24,506 bases of DNA from a virus (lineage: Duplodnaviria > Caudoviricetes): positions 1-24,506 of IMG/VR virus record IMGVR_UViG_3300035494_000006; one strand, given 5' to 3'. The notes under the pieces are model-generated. The model made no database searches, was not told the DNA's origin, and saw only the letters and a list, made by a program, of their open reading frames with translations. Below, in pieces: positions 6,945 through 17,343 of the stretch. Every line of letters starts with the position of its first letter. Positions within the stretch are counted from its first letter, which is position 1. A program made the position numbers and the translations under genes.

Positions 6945-9900
6945 TTATCTGAAGGGTTGATCCCAGAAGCCCGACTGGACCTCTGCTCTCCTCATAATGT
7001 TGTTGAGGTAGCGTTCATCGAGACCTGCCTCCTCAGAGATGACACGCATCAAAGCCTGTTCCCTCAGCTCGTTGATGGTGGACTTGACGCTGCTCTCAGT
7101 CGCTGCCGTGATTGACCACGTACCGATAGGGGCACCTGAATCCAGAAGAGGCTCAAGGAACTGTTCAGGCTCCAACTCGCGGTAGTACCTGTTCCATCGG
7201 TCATAGACAGTCTCCTTACCGTCATTGGTCATCAAGGTTCTCAGGTCCACATCACCCAACATCGGGTGTTTGTAGGGAGCCGAGAAGTCAGCGTTGGTGA
7301 GTTTGGCCAACTGATCCAGCCGGTCGTGGACTTTCAGTTGCAGCTCTGAGAGTCCCTTCCGTCTTTCTTCAGGAGTTGACATAGCGAACACACCGAACAG
7401 AGCCTCATCATCGTTGAGTCTCCGAACATTCCCCAGAGCGTCATAACTCTTCGGGACTGTCTTGTCGTAGTTACCAAAGGAGGCACCGAACAACAGACGG
7501 GACTCGATCACCTGAGCAAACGTCCTCGGATCATCAATCGTTGGGTCGTTGTACTGGGCGATCTTCTGGAAGGTGTTAGGCACCAACAGACGCAGCTTCT
7601 CACCTGCCAGCTTTATGAAGGCTTCAGGTTTGCTGTCGAGTTGGCCGAGGTTCTCACCAAAGGTGATGATCCCGTCAACACCAGCCATCAGGTTCGCGTC
7701 ACGGAAGGCTTGTACGATAGCCCCGGTTCCCATAGAGATAGCCGCGATTACCTTGTCCAGCTCGGTCTTATTGATCAGTTCACCCTGATTCTTCTGCAAC
7801 TGTAGGTGCTCGTAACGCTCAAGCGCGTTGACGATGATCTTGACGGGAGTGGCGATAGGGTCGAAGTATTGGTAGTTCCAAGTTGACCCGTCAGGGAACC
7901 GAATGGTGTACGGCTCCTGTTTATCACCATCGGTACTGGCGCGTTGCTGTCTCCAGTTAGCGTAGGCACCGTCCCCTGTGATTGACCCTGTTGCGTAGAG
8001 CATGAACACAGAGTTGGTGATGGCAAAGGACATCAAGGCTTCCCCTTGTGCTCGGAGCTGTGCCCTTCGACCATTCTTGCCCATCAAGTCCTTGAAGAAA
8101 CCCGGAGCCAGCAACTGGACACCCGGAGTCATCCTGACGCCTTCCTCAAAGACACGCACCGGAGTACGGAAGAACAACTGCCCCATCAGACGAATCCATG
8201 GGTACTTGTTGACCCACTCTTCGTATGACCGGGCTGTGCCGCTCAGGAACTTGTGGTAAGTGCTGGCGTTCGGTTTCTCTCCACCGGAGAATTTCCGCTT
8301 GAACAACACATCATTCACATAGTCGATGGCTTCCCTATCGTGACCATGACGGAGTGCTTCAGGGTTCTGCAACAGTTCGTTCTTCACGTACTGAGCCAAG
8401 CGGTTTCCAGTGAGGCCAAGGTTCCGCCCCTTGTTCGCAACTGTGCGGATCGACTCTTTGTTGCTCACTGGAGCGTAAGCCTGATCCAACATGGTCTTTA
8501 CCCGTTCATTGACGAAGCGGTCCAAGGCTTTGCCACGAAGACCGTTCCTTGCGCCTTCCTCAAAGGCATCACCTGCAGTCCTCCCAGCGATGTACCCTTG
8601 GTATGTCAACTGAGAGAAGAACTCATCAGACATGTTCAGCAACCTCGGGAGGGTTCGGATGATGGACCCCTTGGTCCCCTTGATTGCCAACTCCCCTTCC
8701 ATCAAGCGTCCAGACTCTCGTGTGAGGATTGCCTGTTCGTACTTGAATGCAGCCAAGGCGGCTTTTAGAGCTGTCTTAGTGGCCCCTGCCATTGCAGTGT
8801 AGGTAGCCAGTAGTTCCTTCCGGGTGGCAGCTTCAAGAGGGTTACTCAGGATTGCATCCATGGCCGGTTTCATAATGGCCTTCAACCCAGAGGGGATGGC
8901 GTTGATCTGAACTGTCCTCGGAGAGAACACGTTGGAGATGGCCAGCTCGTTGGCCTTGTGCCATAGACTAGCTTTGTCCCCCATCGTTTGGCCGATCATA
9001 TCGTCAATCTCAGCGTCACGAAGTACAGTCAGTCTTCCTGCTTCTGCAAGATCCCCACTGTCCAGTGCCTTGTTGATCTGAGCGTCCCAAGTACGGCGAA
9101 CCTTCACCACCTCCTTTGACTCCATTTGACGGGCCACATGGGAGGCGAAGGCTTCAGGATCATCCAGATCCACACCCTTGAAGTTGAAACCTTCCTGCTT
9201 CTGTCTCAGGGTGTAACCTGCATGGGACGGAATGGCTTCAGCGATGGAGTGCAGCTTTGAGAACCGCTCCATGAGTACGTGCTGTTTCTCCACCAGTCGG
9301 GCTACAGTCGCTCCATCAGTGGCTGAACGTAGTGCCTCATAGCTGTACCGGAACTCCCGAGCGATAGCGTCCCTTGCCATCATTGAACTCATTTGGAGCT
9401 GCTGCCACTCAGATGCGCTGAACTTGGTTTCCTTCAACTGTTCAATTACGTCTTCGATCTGGGTGTGGTTGAGGTTGTGCAGCTCCTTGGCCAGACTCAT
9501 GCCACGGGCAACATTGTCAGCGATGGTCTGCCGCTCGTAGGGAATGGAGGTGCCCCAGTCGGGGATGTTCAACTCTTCAAGATCAAGATACTCAAAGAAG
9601 TCATCCATCTCACGGAGGACAGTCTCAGGTAACTCAGTCCGTCCCGCAGCTACAGTTGCCAACTCCCCCACCTGTGGTTGAGGAACACCCAGTCGAGGGA
9701 CTTCAGCTTCACCTACTGGCTGAACGTCAGCCCCCTCCTTGGCTACCGGCATGGGGGCTTCAGGTTCTGCTTCAGTCACAGCTCTTGGTGCAGCTTCAGG
9801 AGTGACTTCAGGAGTTACTTCAGGCTGGACTTTCCTCTGTCCTATGATTTGACGAACCTTCTGTACCCCAGCCTCGACTACAGTACCACCTACCATCCCG

Positions 9901-10637
9901 ACACCAGCTCCGATTGCGCTGCTGGTTGCCAACTCTCCAAGGTCGTACTCTTCCTCACGTCCTGCAGAAATCTCGATGGATTGACGGGCGAAGTTATCCC
10001 CGCCCGCATAGATGGCCCCTTCAACCGCAGCCACGGTGCCAACCCTCATGCCTTGCTTCAGGAGTTCCTTCAGGCCAGCCTTACCAGCGACCTTACCCCC
10101 TTGAGTTGCAGCCGTGCCGATACCGAGAGTACCGATACCAACGTAGGTAGTGGGGTCCGAGAGGACGCCCTTGAAGAAACGTCCTACCCCACCCCAAGAC
10201 ATCTCAAGGTTGTCGTAGGTGTCCATCATGTAGAGAAAGGCTTCCTTCGTTGCCTGATCACTGTTAATGACCCGATCAGTCAACACCGCCATCCCTGCAT
10301 GATCTGAGCCGGGGTTGGCGTTGAGGACGGAGTAGTTGAAGTACCCCATCACATCAAGGCCATACTCTGCCAGCTCCCTCTCGTCCCCCTCGAAGTCTCT
10401 CCCCTCGTTCATCTTGTATATGGCTCGGGAAGCCTGAACCCAGTCCCGGTCTTCAAACAACAGCGAAGGGTCTACCTCCTCTTTCACTGGACCATACTGG
10501 TAAGCCTGTGGCTGCTGTTCCTGTTCAAGAGAGGAGGTGTCATATCCGTTCGACTTGAGTTTGCCGATCAGCTCGGCTTTGGTTGTGCCTTCAGGGATGC
10601 CACGAATGATGGTCCCATCGGGTAGTCTTACGTCCAT
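6945..10637 (-). CDS. Large internal virion/DNA ejection protein (T7 gp16 position), ~1230 aa
   Basis: Size and synteny; glycine/alanine-rich hydrophobic stretch after DPTTYVG; start at MDVRLPDG chosen from the TAATG overlap with the upstream stop. Confidence 0.8.
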   Translation of the reverse strand: MDVRLPDGTIIRGIPEGTTKAELIGKLKSNGYDTSSLEQEQQPQAYQYGPVKEEVDPSLLFEDRDWVQASRAIYKMNEGRDFEGDERELAEYGLDVMGYFNYSVLNANPGSDHAGMAVLTDRVINSDQATKEAFLYMMDTYDNLEMSWGGVGRFFKGVLSDPTTYVGIGTLGIGTAATQGGKVAGKAGLKELLKQGMRVGTVAAVEGAIYAGGDNFARQSIEISAGREEEYDLGELATSSAIGAGVGMVGGTVVEAGVQKVRQIIGQRKVQPEVTPEVTPEAAPRAVTEAEPEAPMPVAKEGADVQPVGEAEVPRLGVPQPQVGELATVAAGRTELPETVLREMDDFFEYLDLEELNIPDWGTSIPYERQTIADNVARGMSLAKELHNLNHTQIEDVIEQLKETKFSASEWQQLQMSSMMARDAIAREFRYSYEALRSATDGATVARLVEKQHVLMERFSKLHSIAEAIPSHAGYTLRQKQEGFNFKGVDLDDPEAFASHVARQMESKEVVKVRRTWDAQINKALDSGDLAEAGRLTVLRDAEIDDMIGQTMGDKASLWHKANELAISNVFSPRTVQINAIPSGLKAIMKPAMDAILSNPLEAATRKELLATYTAMAGATKTALKAALAAFKYEQAILTRESGRLMEGELAIKGTKGSIIRTLPRLLNMSDEFFSQLTYQGYIAGRTAGDAFEEGARNGLRGKALDRFVNERVKTMLDQAYAPVSNKESIRTVANKGRNLGLTGNRLAQYVKNELLQNPEALRHGHDREAIDYVNDVLFKRKFSGGEKPNASTYHKFLSGTARSYEEWVNKYPWIRLMGQLFFRTPVRVFEEGVRMTPGVQLLAPGFFKDLMGKNGRRAQLRAQGEALMSFAITNSVFMLYATGSITGDGAYANWRQQRASTDGDKQEPYTIRFPDGSTWNYQYFDPIATPVKIIVNALERYEHLQLQKNQGELINKTELDKVIAAISMGTGAIVQAFRDANLMAGVDGIITFGENLGQLDSKPEAFIKLAGEKLRLLVPNTFQKIAQYNDPTIDDPRTFAQVIESRLLFGASFGNYDKTVPKSYDALGNVRRLNDDEALFGVFAMSTPEERRKGLSELQLKVHDRLDQLAKLTNADFSAPYKHPMLGDVDLRTLMTNDGKETVYDRWNRYYRELEPEQFLEPLLDSGAPIGTWSITAATESSVKSTINELREQALMRVISEEAGLDERYLNNIMRRAEVQSGFWDQPFR

Positions 10638-12331
10638 TACTTGAGTTCTCCCCAATCAACTACGTTCGAGTCGTTATCAGATTCAGGTTGAGTGGTTGTT
10701 GGTTTGGTGCCGAAAGTCTTTTCCATCTGCTCCCGACTGAGTGAGCGGAAGTTGGACTGGATGTAACTAAGGCGTGAGGTGGCCGCTTCAGTTGCAGCCT
10801 TGATGATTTCGTTACGGGCCTGTCCTGTTGGGATCTGACCGTGTTCTTCGATGTAGGCGGTGAAGCCCTTACGAAGCTCTGTGTAGAAAGCGGTGCGTGT
10901 ATTTCCTTGGATATTGAAGCCCATGCCCATCAATTGTGACCCGAGGAGAGACTGAGCGAACACCTTGGCGTCACTGCCTATACCGTTCTCGTATTCAGCA
11001 GAGATGGCCGGGTCTCTCAAGAAGTCCACCCCTTGCATCAGGTCTGGCAGCTTCTCAATCAGCTTCACCTTATCGCCTTGGTTGATGTCCCAGCGGCTAA
11101 GGATGTAGTCACGAAGACCATCCTCAGTCACTGCAGATTCATCTGGGAACAGGAATCGGAAACCGGGATCATCACCGAAGGCATCCAAGAAGGAACCACT
11201 GGTGGCCGCTTCCATCACTGAGGATTCAAACTGAGCTGCCTGAGCCTTACTCAGAGTCGGGTTGATGGCTGGCTTGTTGTTGACCTCTACGATGAACTCG
11301 TACAGATCAGGGTTGTTGTAGGCTTCAACCGGAGACACGTACTCCCCAGAAGCAACTCGCTGAATGACCTCCAGCTTCTGCTGCCGGAGTTGTTCTTTGC
11401 GCTGCTGCTCCTGCATCTGCAATGAGCGGGTGTACTGGGTGTGTCTTGTGGTTGCGATCTGGCGCTTGGCCTGTTCAAACTTGGCCTTACTCTCAGCGTT
11501 CAGGAACCGATCAGGCACCCTATCAAGAAGCCGAGAGTCCAAGTCAGTCATGGCCTGAGCGATTGCAGCGTTTACCACTACCTCATTGCGTTGTTGATGG
11601 TTCAATGAGGAGGAAGCGTTCCACTGAGAATCAAGCTCAAGTAGATCGCCACCGGACTTCAGGGCTTCTGCTGCCTTGTTCGCAAGGGCTTCTGCCTGAA
11701 CATCCTCATGGTACTTGGCGGTCTCCTGCAACCAAGTCGTTTCAAACTGGTTCAAGCTACGGTCAAGCTGCTCGATGAACCCGGCACCATAGAAATCCTT
11801 ACCGGCCACCAGCTCCAATGCTTCAGCCCGTACCTGATCGAGATAGGCTTGGCGTTGCTCTGAGTTCAGCCTTATGCTGTCATCCTCAAGCAGCCTCTGT
11901 ACTTTCTCGATGGCCCAACGCCGAGCGTGAATCTCACCTGTTGACTGTTGGATACGGGCGACTACTGTAGGCACAGCTTCAGGGAACATTTCTTTCACCT
12001 GAGCGGAATCTACAGCTCCAATCTCCCTGTCCTTGGCGAACTGGCTTGCCCACAACGGGACGTTCGGCATCTGGGTGTTCTCAAGGCTCTCCTTCCGTGC
12101 AGCGTAGGCTCGCTCAAGAGCTGGGCTTATTGAAGAGAGAGCGTTGATCAGGAGACCTGTGCGATTGTCTTGAGCTGGGCCAGCGGCCTTCACATAGGTG
12201 CCTGTAGGTGCAGCCGAGGGAGACAGGGAGTACCCCTTTGCTGCAGCCCGTTGAGTGGCTACACGACCATCCTTCTGGCGCAGTTTGTTACTCTCTTGGC
12301 CTACAGATGTAAGGCCGTTGACCTTATCCAT
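10637..12331 (-). CDS. Internal virion protein (T7 gp15 position)
   Basis: 564 aa, helical and Q/A/E-rich, between the gp14-like and gp16-like genes. Confidence 0.75.
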   Translation of the reverse strand: MDKVNGLTSVGQESNKLRQKDGRVATQRAAAKGYSLSPSAAPTGTYVKAAGPAQDNRTGLLINALSSISPALERAYAARKESLENTQMPNVPLWASQFAKDREIGAVDSAQVKEMFPEAVPTVVARIQQSTGEIHARRWAIEKVQRLLEDDSIRLNSEQRQAYLDQVRAEALELVAGKDFYGAGFIEQLDRSLNQFETTWLQETAKYHEDVQAEALANKAAEALKSGGDLLELDSQWNASSSLNHQQRNEVVVNAAIAQAMTDLDSRLLDRVPDRFLNAESKAKFEQAKRQIATTRHTQYTRSLQMQEQQRKEQLRQQKLEVIQRVASGEYVSPVEAYNNPDLYEFIVEVNNKPAINPTLSKAQAAQFESSVMEAATSGSFLDAFGDDPGFRFLFPDESAVTEDGLRDYILSRWDINQGDKVKLIEKLPDLMQGVDFLRDPAISAEYENGIGSDAKVFAQSLLGSQLMGMGFNIQGNTRTAFYTELRKGFTAYIEEHGQIPTGQARNEIIKAATEAATSRLSYIQSNFRSLSREQMEKTFGTKPTTTQPESDNDSNVVDWGELK

Positions 12332-12871
12332 TTACCACCCCTTATCTTTCATGGTCTTGTAACTTGTGACACTGTTCAGCCCCGCAGCCCCGATACTCAA
12401 TCCCAAGCTCAAGGGAGTCGGTGCGATAGCCTGAGACACTGAGTTGATGCGGCTCATAGCTGTATCACGGGTACCGCTCAGATCAGTGTTGAGTTGATCC
12501 AAGGTCCAGTCTTTGTTCTGGTTAATGGTTGAAATATCTTGTGAGGACAGGTTGCCGATGTCTCTAAGGATGTTCTCTACGGAGAACCCAGACACACCTG
12601 CTTCACCTGCTGCGGTAATAGCGTACGCCCTCTCATCACGCTCCTGCATCCGTCTTTGGTTGACCTGATCAGCGGCTGCTGCCATCTCCTGCTGCTGACG
12701 CAACTGGATCTGCTGCTGGTCATTCCGCATGGCTGACAGAGCATTCACCCTGTTCTGTTCAAATTGGGCGTTCTGCATGGATGCCTGAGCGGATTGCTGC
12801 TGGTAAGACATAACCGATTGAGCGGCTGAAGTAGCGAAGCTGGCGATAGCTAATGCCATTGGGTTACACAT
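12332..12871 (-). CDS. Internal virion protein B (T7 gp14-like)
   Basis: MC-start with hydrophobic N-terminus, Q/A-rich, conserved AAGEAGVSGFSV motif; synteny. Confidence 0.85.
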   Translation of the reverse strand: MCNPMALAIASFATSAAQSVMSYQQQSAQASMQNAQFEQNRVNALSAMRNDQQQIQLRQQQEMAAAADQVNQRRMQERDERAYAITAAGEAGVSGFSVENILRDIGNLSSQDISTINQNKDWTLDQLNTDLSGTRDTAMSRINSVSQAIAPTPLSLGLSIGAAGLNSVTSYKTMKDKGW

Positions 12872-13332
12872 TAGCGAACCTCCGGTGGAATCAATTTGGC
12901 AAACTCTAGGAACTCATGTCCGTTGATTTCGATCTTGCGTAGGAAAGCGAACCCTGCCCACCGGAGCCACTTGATGTGGACTTCGTTATCAGCATGGACA
13001 GCGTTTGCCAGTACCGTGTAGTGCCCACGGATACGTTCGATCCAAGGGCGGGTCTCTCTGAGAACCTGTATCCAGTGCGTCTTGACTGCATCGGTACCCA
13101 CCATCCAGATGAAACCCAAGAAGTGTTCGTCAGAAGGGTGTGTCCCGAAGATGATCTGGGGGACTCCCTCATCATCAACAGCCACGTAACAAGGATCAGG
13201 GGAGTGGACCCCCTCAAGAAGAGACTCCTCAACAGTCATTCCGATAGCGAGGAGTTCCTTCTTGTCTTCCTCACGGAGTCTTGGTGCCAGATCGAGAGCG
13301 TCCTCAACGGTTGCCCTTCGTACTGTCAGCAT
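12871..13332 (-). CDS. T7 gp13-like protein, putative GNAT acetyltransferase, ~153 aa
   Basis: LREEDKKEL, IWMVGT and LANAVHADNEVHIKWLRWAGF motifs; start at 13332 from the TGATG overlap with tail tubular B. Confidence 0.85.
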   Translation of the reverse strand: MLTVRRATVEDALDLAPRLREEDKKELLAIGMTVEESLLEGVHSPDPCYVAVDDEGVPQIIFGTHPSDEHFLGFIWMVGTDAVKTHWIQVLRETRPWIERIRGHYTVLANAVHADNEVHIKWLRWAGFAFLRKIEINGHEFLEFAKLIPPEVR

Positions 13333-15734
13333 CAGTACCTCCGTGATAGTGTGTGGTAGAAGCCCTCCCATTCGAGACTCAGTACGTATGACGGGAGGAA
13401 TGAATCGTTGACCAGCTCGATACGAACCCGGTCATTCTTGGACTGGACAGGGAAATCGAAGCGTCCCTCTTCGGTTGAAATCTTGCCGATCACGTTACCG
13501 AGAACACCAAGGGTTCTTCCTGAGTAGGTGTACTGGTACGTGCCCCGGCCATCTGGAGTCACCTCAATACGGAAGTAACCTGTACGGTTATACAGTACCG
13601 AAGCTCTACGCACCTGAAGCCGACCATCTGATACAGTCTTCTGCCCACCTCCAAGTGAGTCTTCACGCAACGTAAAGGGGGACATGACGTACCTGAATGA
13701 GTAAGGGCGACCGATGACGAAAGGTTGATTCCCAATGTCAGCTTCAAGTCTGAGTGAGGTGTAGGTTCCTTGGTCTATCACATCGAATTCCGTGAACAAC
13801 TGTCCCTCACTGAAAGGACCACCTGCAGCACACACCAGATGGATAGGTTCGTTTATCCCAAGTTTGAACGGCAAGTCGATCTGATAGACAGGCTCACCAG
13901 ACTGGCTGGGAATATCGGTACGCTCACTCACAGCCACATCGGTATGAGTCAACTTACTGTCCAGATGGACGTGAATATCCCATCCAGCATCTACCGCTCC
14001 CGGCTCAAGGTTCATCGCCTCAAGGTGGATACCATCGGGCCGCTTGAGGATGAGGTACAGGCGGGACTCGATGAAGTCACAGTTGAGTACCTGTACATCT
14101 TCAGGGAACACCCACCGGGACCATGACGCCTGTAACTTGTCCTCTTCCGAGAAGTAGAACTTGTAGACGTATATCTCGTTGGGAGCCTGATCGGACAGAG
14201 CCAGTAGTACATCCTCGTTGGAACTTGCAGCCAACTTGAAGACGCCACCTTTCAGGTACTTCGGTACATGGACTGTCACCTCATGGGCCTTTTCAGACTC
14301 GATGGATTCATCCACATAGTATTCCCTGATCCCGGTGTAGTTCCCCCGGTTCACCGCAAAGTAGACGTTGTTGCCTACACCCACAGGCTTGGCCCGGAGG
14401 GAGCACTCATACTCAGTCGTTTGGTTGACCGAGATGGTCTCAGGGGTCAGCAACTGTGTCTCACCCAACTGGAACTGAGTCTGGTCAGAGAACAGCAACA
14501 GGGTCTCGTTGAATGGTATCGCATGGCGAAGGATGGATACCTTCACATGACTCACACCAACATCAATCGGGTCGTTATCCAGAAGCTGGGTTGCTGTCCC
14601 CCGGAAGAGGTTGAAGTAGTCACCGGCCTTTGACATCACGATGTTCTCATCAGCCACGAATCCAAGGCGGTTCCGGTGGAAGAACATATCGTTGATGGCG
14701 CGGCCAACGAAGGAAGGCAGCGGGTTGCTATCCAGATCACCTACCTCTCGGGTAGACCAGTCGATGGTCCTGAAGGTGAACGATCCGTCTGCCTCTCGGA
14801 CCAACGCATGGGGCATGGTTGAAGGGTCAAGACCGATAGCCTCACCGCCTTTCACTGTCTCTTCCCAGACACCATCGTTACCGTTCCCCCCATCTGAGAG
14901 GAACTTCACGTAGTAGTTGTCGAAGGTTGAGGCAGAGTCCCCGGTCAGCTCTACAGTGAAACCGTTGACTGCTCGGGTGGGGAGGTTGTTGAAGTTCTGG
15001 GTGCGATCCTTGATAGCCAACACACCGTTGTCGCCAATGGAGTCATCTACCCTCAGAGTGAAGTTCCCGCTGTCTTTACGCTTAACCCACAGGGTTGACC
15101 CATAGCGTTGAATTGTGAAGGTCTCCCCTACGTTAGCGACCAATTGGTCGTACAATTGGGTAGCGATATTATCAGTAGTCACGCTGTTAGCATGGGAGGT
15201 AGCAGAACCGTCAGGTACTGTATAGGAAGCCTTCTGTGCCCCATCCAGATACACCGAATACTTGGCCCCATAGGAACCCTGCTTGATCCAGATGATCGCT
15301 TCAGGTGCCCTACTGGGAGCCAGAGCTGTCCCTTGTTTGACCGGGATCTTGGTGTTCAGGATGAAGGTGTAGTCAGCCACAGTCACACACCGGAAGTCCT
15401 CTTTCGGAGATACCGAGTTCAGGTACGTGGAGCCGGGAGGCATGTTGACTGTCTTCTGGTTTCCCTCGAAGTCGAACACTGAGATGGTCCCATTCTCAAT
15501 CACGACAATGTACTGCTCGTTAATGTCACGGTTGATCGTGTGGGTGAAGAAGTTATCGCCGGTAAGGTTCCCCAGCTTTGCCAGATACTCCGTACCGGGA
15601 CGTTTCCTCAGACCCTCCACAACAGATGAGTACCCGTTGATCTGTTCGTCACACTGGGAAGCAAGACGCATTGAATACGGCTGTTGGCTTACTCCGTTGA
15701 CAAGGTTTGGGATACTTGAAGAAATCAGTGGCAT
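13332..15734 (-). CDS. Tail tubular protein B / nozzle (T7 gp12-like)
   Basis: 800 aa; SIPNLVNGVSQQP, GLRKRPG, WEETV, TMPHALVR and FFHRNRLGF motifs. Confidence 0.96.
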   Translation of the reverse strand: MPLISSSIPNLVNGVSQQPYSMRLASQCDEQINGYSSVVEGLRKRPGTEYLAKLGNLTGDNFFTHTINRDINEQYIVVIENGTISVFDFEGNQKTVNMPPGSTYLNSVSPKEDFRCVTVADYTFILNTKIPVKQGTALAPSRAPEAIIWIKQGSYGAKYSVYLDGAQKASYTVPDGSATSHANSVTTDNIATQLYDQLVANVGETFTIQRYGSTLWVKRKDSGNFTLRVDDSIGDNGVLAIKDRTQNFNNLPTRAVNGFTVELTGDSASTFDNYYVKFLSDGGNGNDGVWEETVKGGEAIGLDPSTMPHALVREADGSFTFRTIDWSTREVGDLDSNPLPSFVGRAINDMFFHRNRLGFVADENIVMSKAGDYFNLFRGTATQLLDNDPIDVGVSHVKVSILRHAIPFNETLLLFSDQTQFQLGETQLLTPETISVNQTTEYECSLRAKPVGVGNNVYFAVNRGNYTGIREYYVDESIESEKAHEVTVHVPKYLKGGVFKLAASSNEDVLLALSDQAPNEIYVYKFYFSEEDKLQASWSRWVFPEDVQVLNCDFIESRLYLILKRPDGIHLEAMNLEPGAVDAGWDIHVHLDSKLTHTDVAVSERTDIPSQSGEPVYQIDLPFKLGINEPIHLVCAAGGPFSEGQLFTEFDVIDQGTYTSLRLEADIGNQPFVIGRPYSFRYVMSPFTLREDSLGGGQKTVSDGRLQVRRASVLYNRTGYFRIEVTPDGRGTYQYTYSGRTLGVLGNVIGKISTEEGRFDFPVQSKNDRVRIELVNDSFLPSYVLSLEWEGFYHTLSRRY

Positions 15735-15736
15735 GG

Positions 15737-16315
15737 TTATCTATCCAATACTCTTGCGACTGAGTAACTATCAGTCAGCATGTTGTAGTCGGCTGTGTCA
15801 GCGTCCGCCTCAAGCATGGCGATCTTGGCGAACAGCTCATCCTGAGAGTTGAAGCTGGAGAGTTCAGGGGCACCGAGAGTTCTCTCTTGGAAAATCCTTG
15901 ACGCCCTGATCGTGATGTACTGACGGGCAGTTTCAGGAAGTTCCTCAAAAGCCAGCAACACCACCAGATCCACCTTCATGGACTTATCGAACGCATAGGT
16001 GTGGTTGGTCCTGTCATAGAGGCGGGTACCTCGCTGAACAACATCAATGTGTGCATCCTCCAGAACGGAGTCCACTCTCAGGGTGTTCGCTGGGAGGACC
16101 AGTTCCTTGTTCGGGAAGGAAGGATTGAGCTGTATCCCCTTCTCGGTGTTGAAGTGCCAGCCACGGGACTGCACCTCTCGGTTGACTGAGGAGAGAATCT
16201 GTCGAGCCATTACAACGTCAACCACTCCACTGTCATCAACCGTACTCACAGGGGATTCACCGATAGAGGACAGCATGGAGTTGATAGCATCAAGCTCGGT
16301 TGTCAAGGTGAGCAT
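15737..16315 (-). CDS. Tail tubular protein A / gatekeeper (T7 gp11-like)
   Basis: TELDAINSMLSSIGESPV, VQSRGWHFN and FEELPETARQYI motifs. Confidence 0.96.
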   Translation of the reverse strand: MLTLTTELDAINSMLSSIGESPVSTVDDSGVVDVVMARQILSSVNREVQSRGWHFNTEKGIQLNPSFPNKELVLPANTLRVDSVLEDAHIDVVQRGTRLYDRTNHTYAFDKSMKVDLVVLLAFEELPETARQYITIRASRIFQERTLGAPELSSFNSQDELFAKIAMLEADADTADYNMLTDSYSVARVLDR

Positions 16316-16337
16316 CTTCGTGAAACTCCTCTATAAG

Positions 16338-16373
16338 AAAAAAATAGAGAGGCCAATTTCTTGACCTCCCTAT
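16338..16373 (-). terminator. T-phi-like terminator after the capsid gene
   Basis: ATAGGGAGGTCAA-GAAA-TTGGCCTCTCTAT followed by a T run. Confidence 0.88.
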
Positions 16374-16384
16374 GTCATTAAGGA

Positions 16385-17335
16385 TTACGGAGTGCTGGAC
16401 AGCTCGATAGCTGCTTCGGGTCTCAAAACTCCATGGCCCACTGCGTACTTGGCAACCATCAGGGTGCCCTGACGGGCGATCTGGTATTCAGACTCCATAC
16501 CCAGATCCAGCAGCTTCACGGTACCGATGGCAGACGGGTGCATGATCAGGCCAACAGTGTTGGTGAAGTCACCCGCATACTTGTCGCCAGTACCAGCTTC
16601 CAGAGAACCTGCAGCCACGTTGGTCTTCGGCAGGTTGTTGGTCTTGACGATGGTGATACCGGCAACGCGGATTACGTTACCGCCAGCGTAAGAGCCTTCG
16701 CCACCCCAATCACGGTTCAGGATCTTGGTAGACCGAGCCATTGCGTAGAACTCAGCCGGACGGACGAACAGGAAACGCTGGTCTTCCGGTACGTCTTTCT
16801 CGTCCAGAATACGAGCGGCCTCAAACATCGCTTCAGCCAGAGCGTCACCAGAGGTTGCATCTACACCGTTGATGGTGGTGCCACCGAACTGGTCAGCATC
16901 GTTGATGGTCTTGGCAGTACGAGCTGCCAGTACACCAGTCTGCAGGATGTGTTTGTCCATGGTGTTCGCCAGCTTGTTACCCATCTCACGGGTGTAAGTA
17001 GAGCGAACGTCATAGTGGTTCTTCGCTTCATCAATGTTCGCAATGAAGGTCGGAGCCACCAGCAGGTCATCAATAGTGATGATCTTCTCAGCGTGTTTCA
17101 GAGTACCGCCAAGAATCTCCTGACCCGGAGTGTGGTAGTAGGCAGAAGCACGGCCCATTACCGGGAAGGAAGCGGATTTACCGCTAGTGATGGTGCGGAC
17201 TTGGTGTTTGTCCATCATCACGTTGCTCTGCTCGAAGGAGGTCAGAACCTCACCAGCAAAGACTTTGAGAAAGAGAGCATCTACATCGCCAGCGCCGTTG
17301 ATTTGGCCCAGACGAGATACGATTGCATCAGCCAT
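16385..17335 (-). CDS. Major capsid protein (T7 gp10-like)
   Basis: ALFLKVFAGEVLTSF, RTITSGKSASFP, ITIDDLL and AKYAVGHGVLRPEAA motifs. Confidence 0.97.
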   Translation of the reverse strand: MADAIVSRLGQINGAGDVDALFLKVFAGEVLTSFEQSNVMMDKHQVRTITSGKSASFPVMGRASAYYHTPGQEILGGTLKHAEKIITIDDLLVAPTFIANIDEAKNHYDVRSTYTREMGNKLANTMDKHILQTGVLAARTAKTINDADQFGGTTINGVDATSGDALAEAMFEAARILDEKDVPEDQRFLFVRPAEFYAMARSTKILNRDWGGEGSYAGGNVIRVAGITIVKTNNLPKTNVAAGSLEAGTGDKYAGDFTNTVGLIMHPSAIGTVKLLDLGMESEYQIARQGTLMVAKYAVGHGVLRPEAAIELSSTP

Positions 17336-17343
17336 GAAATAAA

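Noticed and set aside
16375-16410. T7 10B-like capsid frameshift extension
   Set aside because: No slippery sequence seen; stops and the terminator follow immediately.
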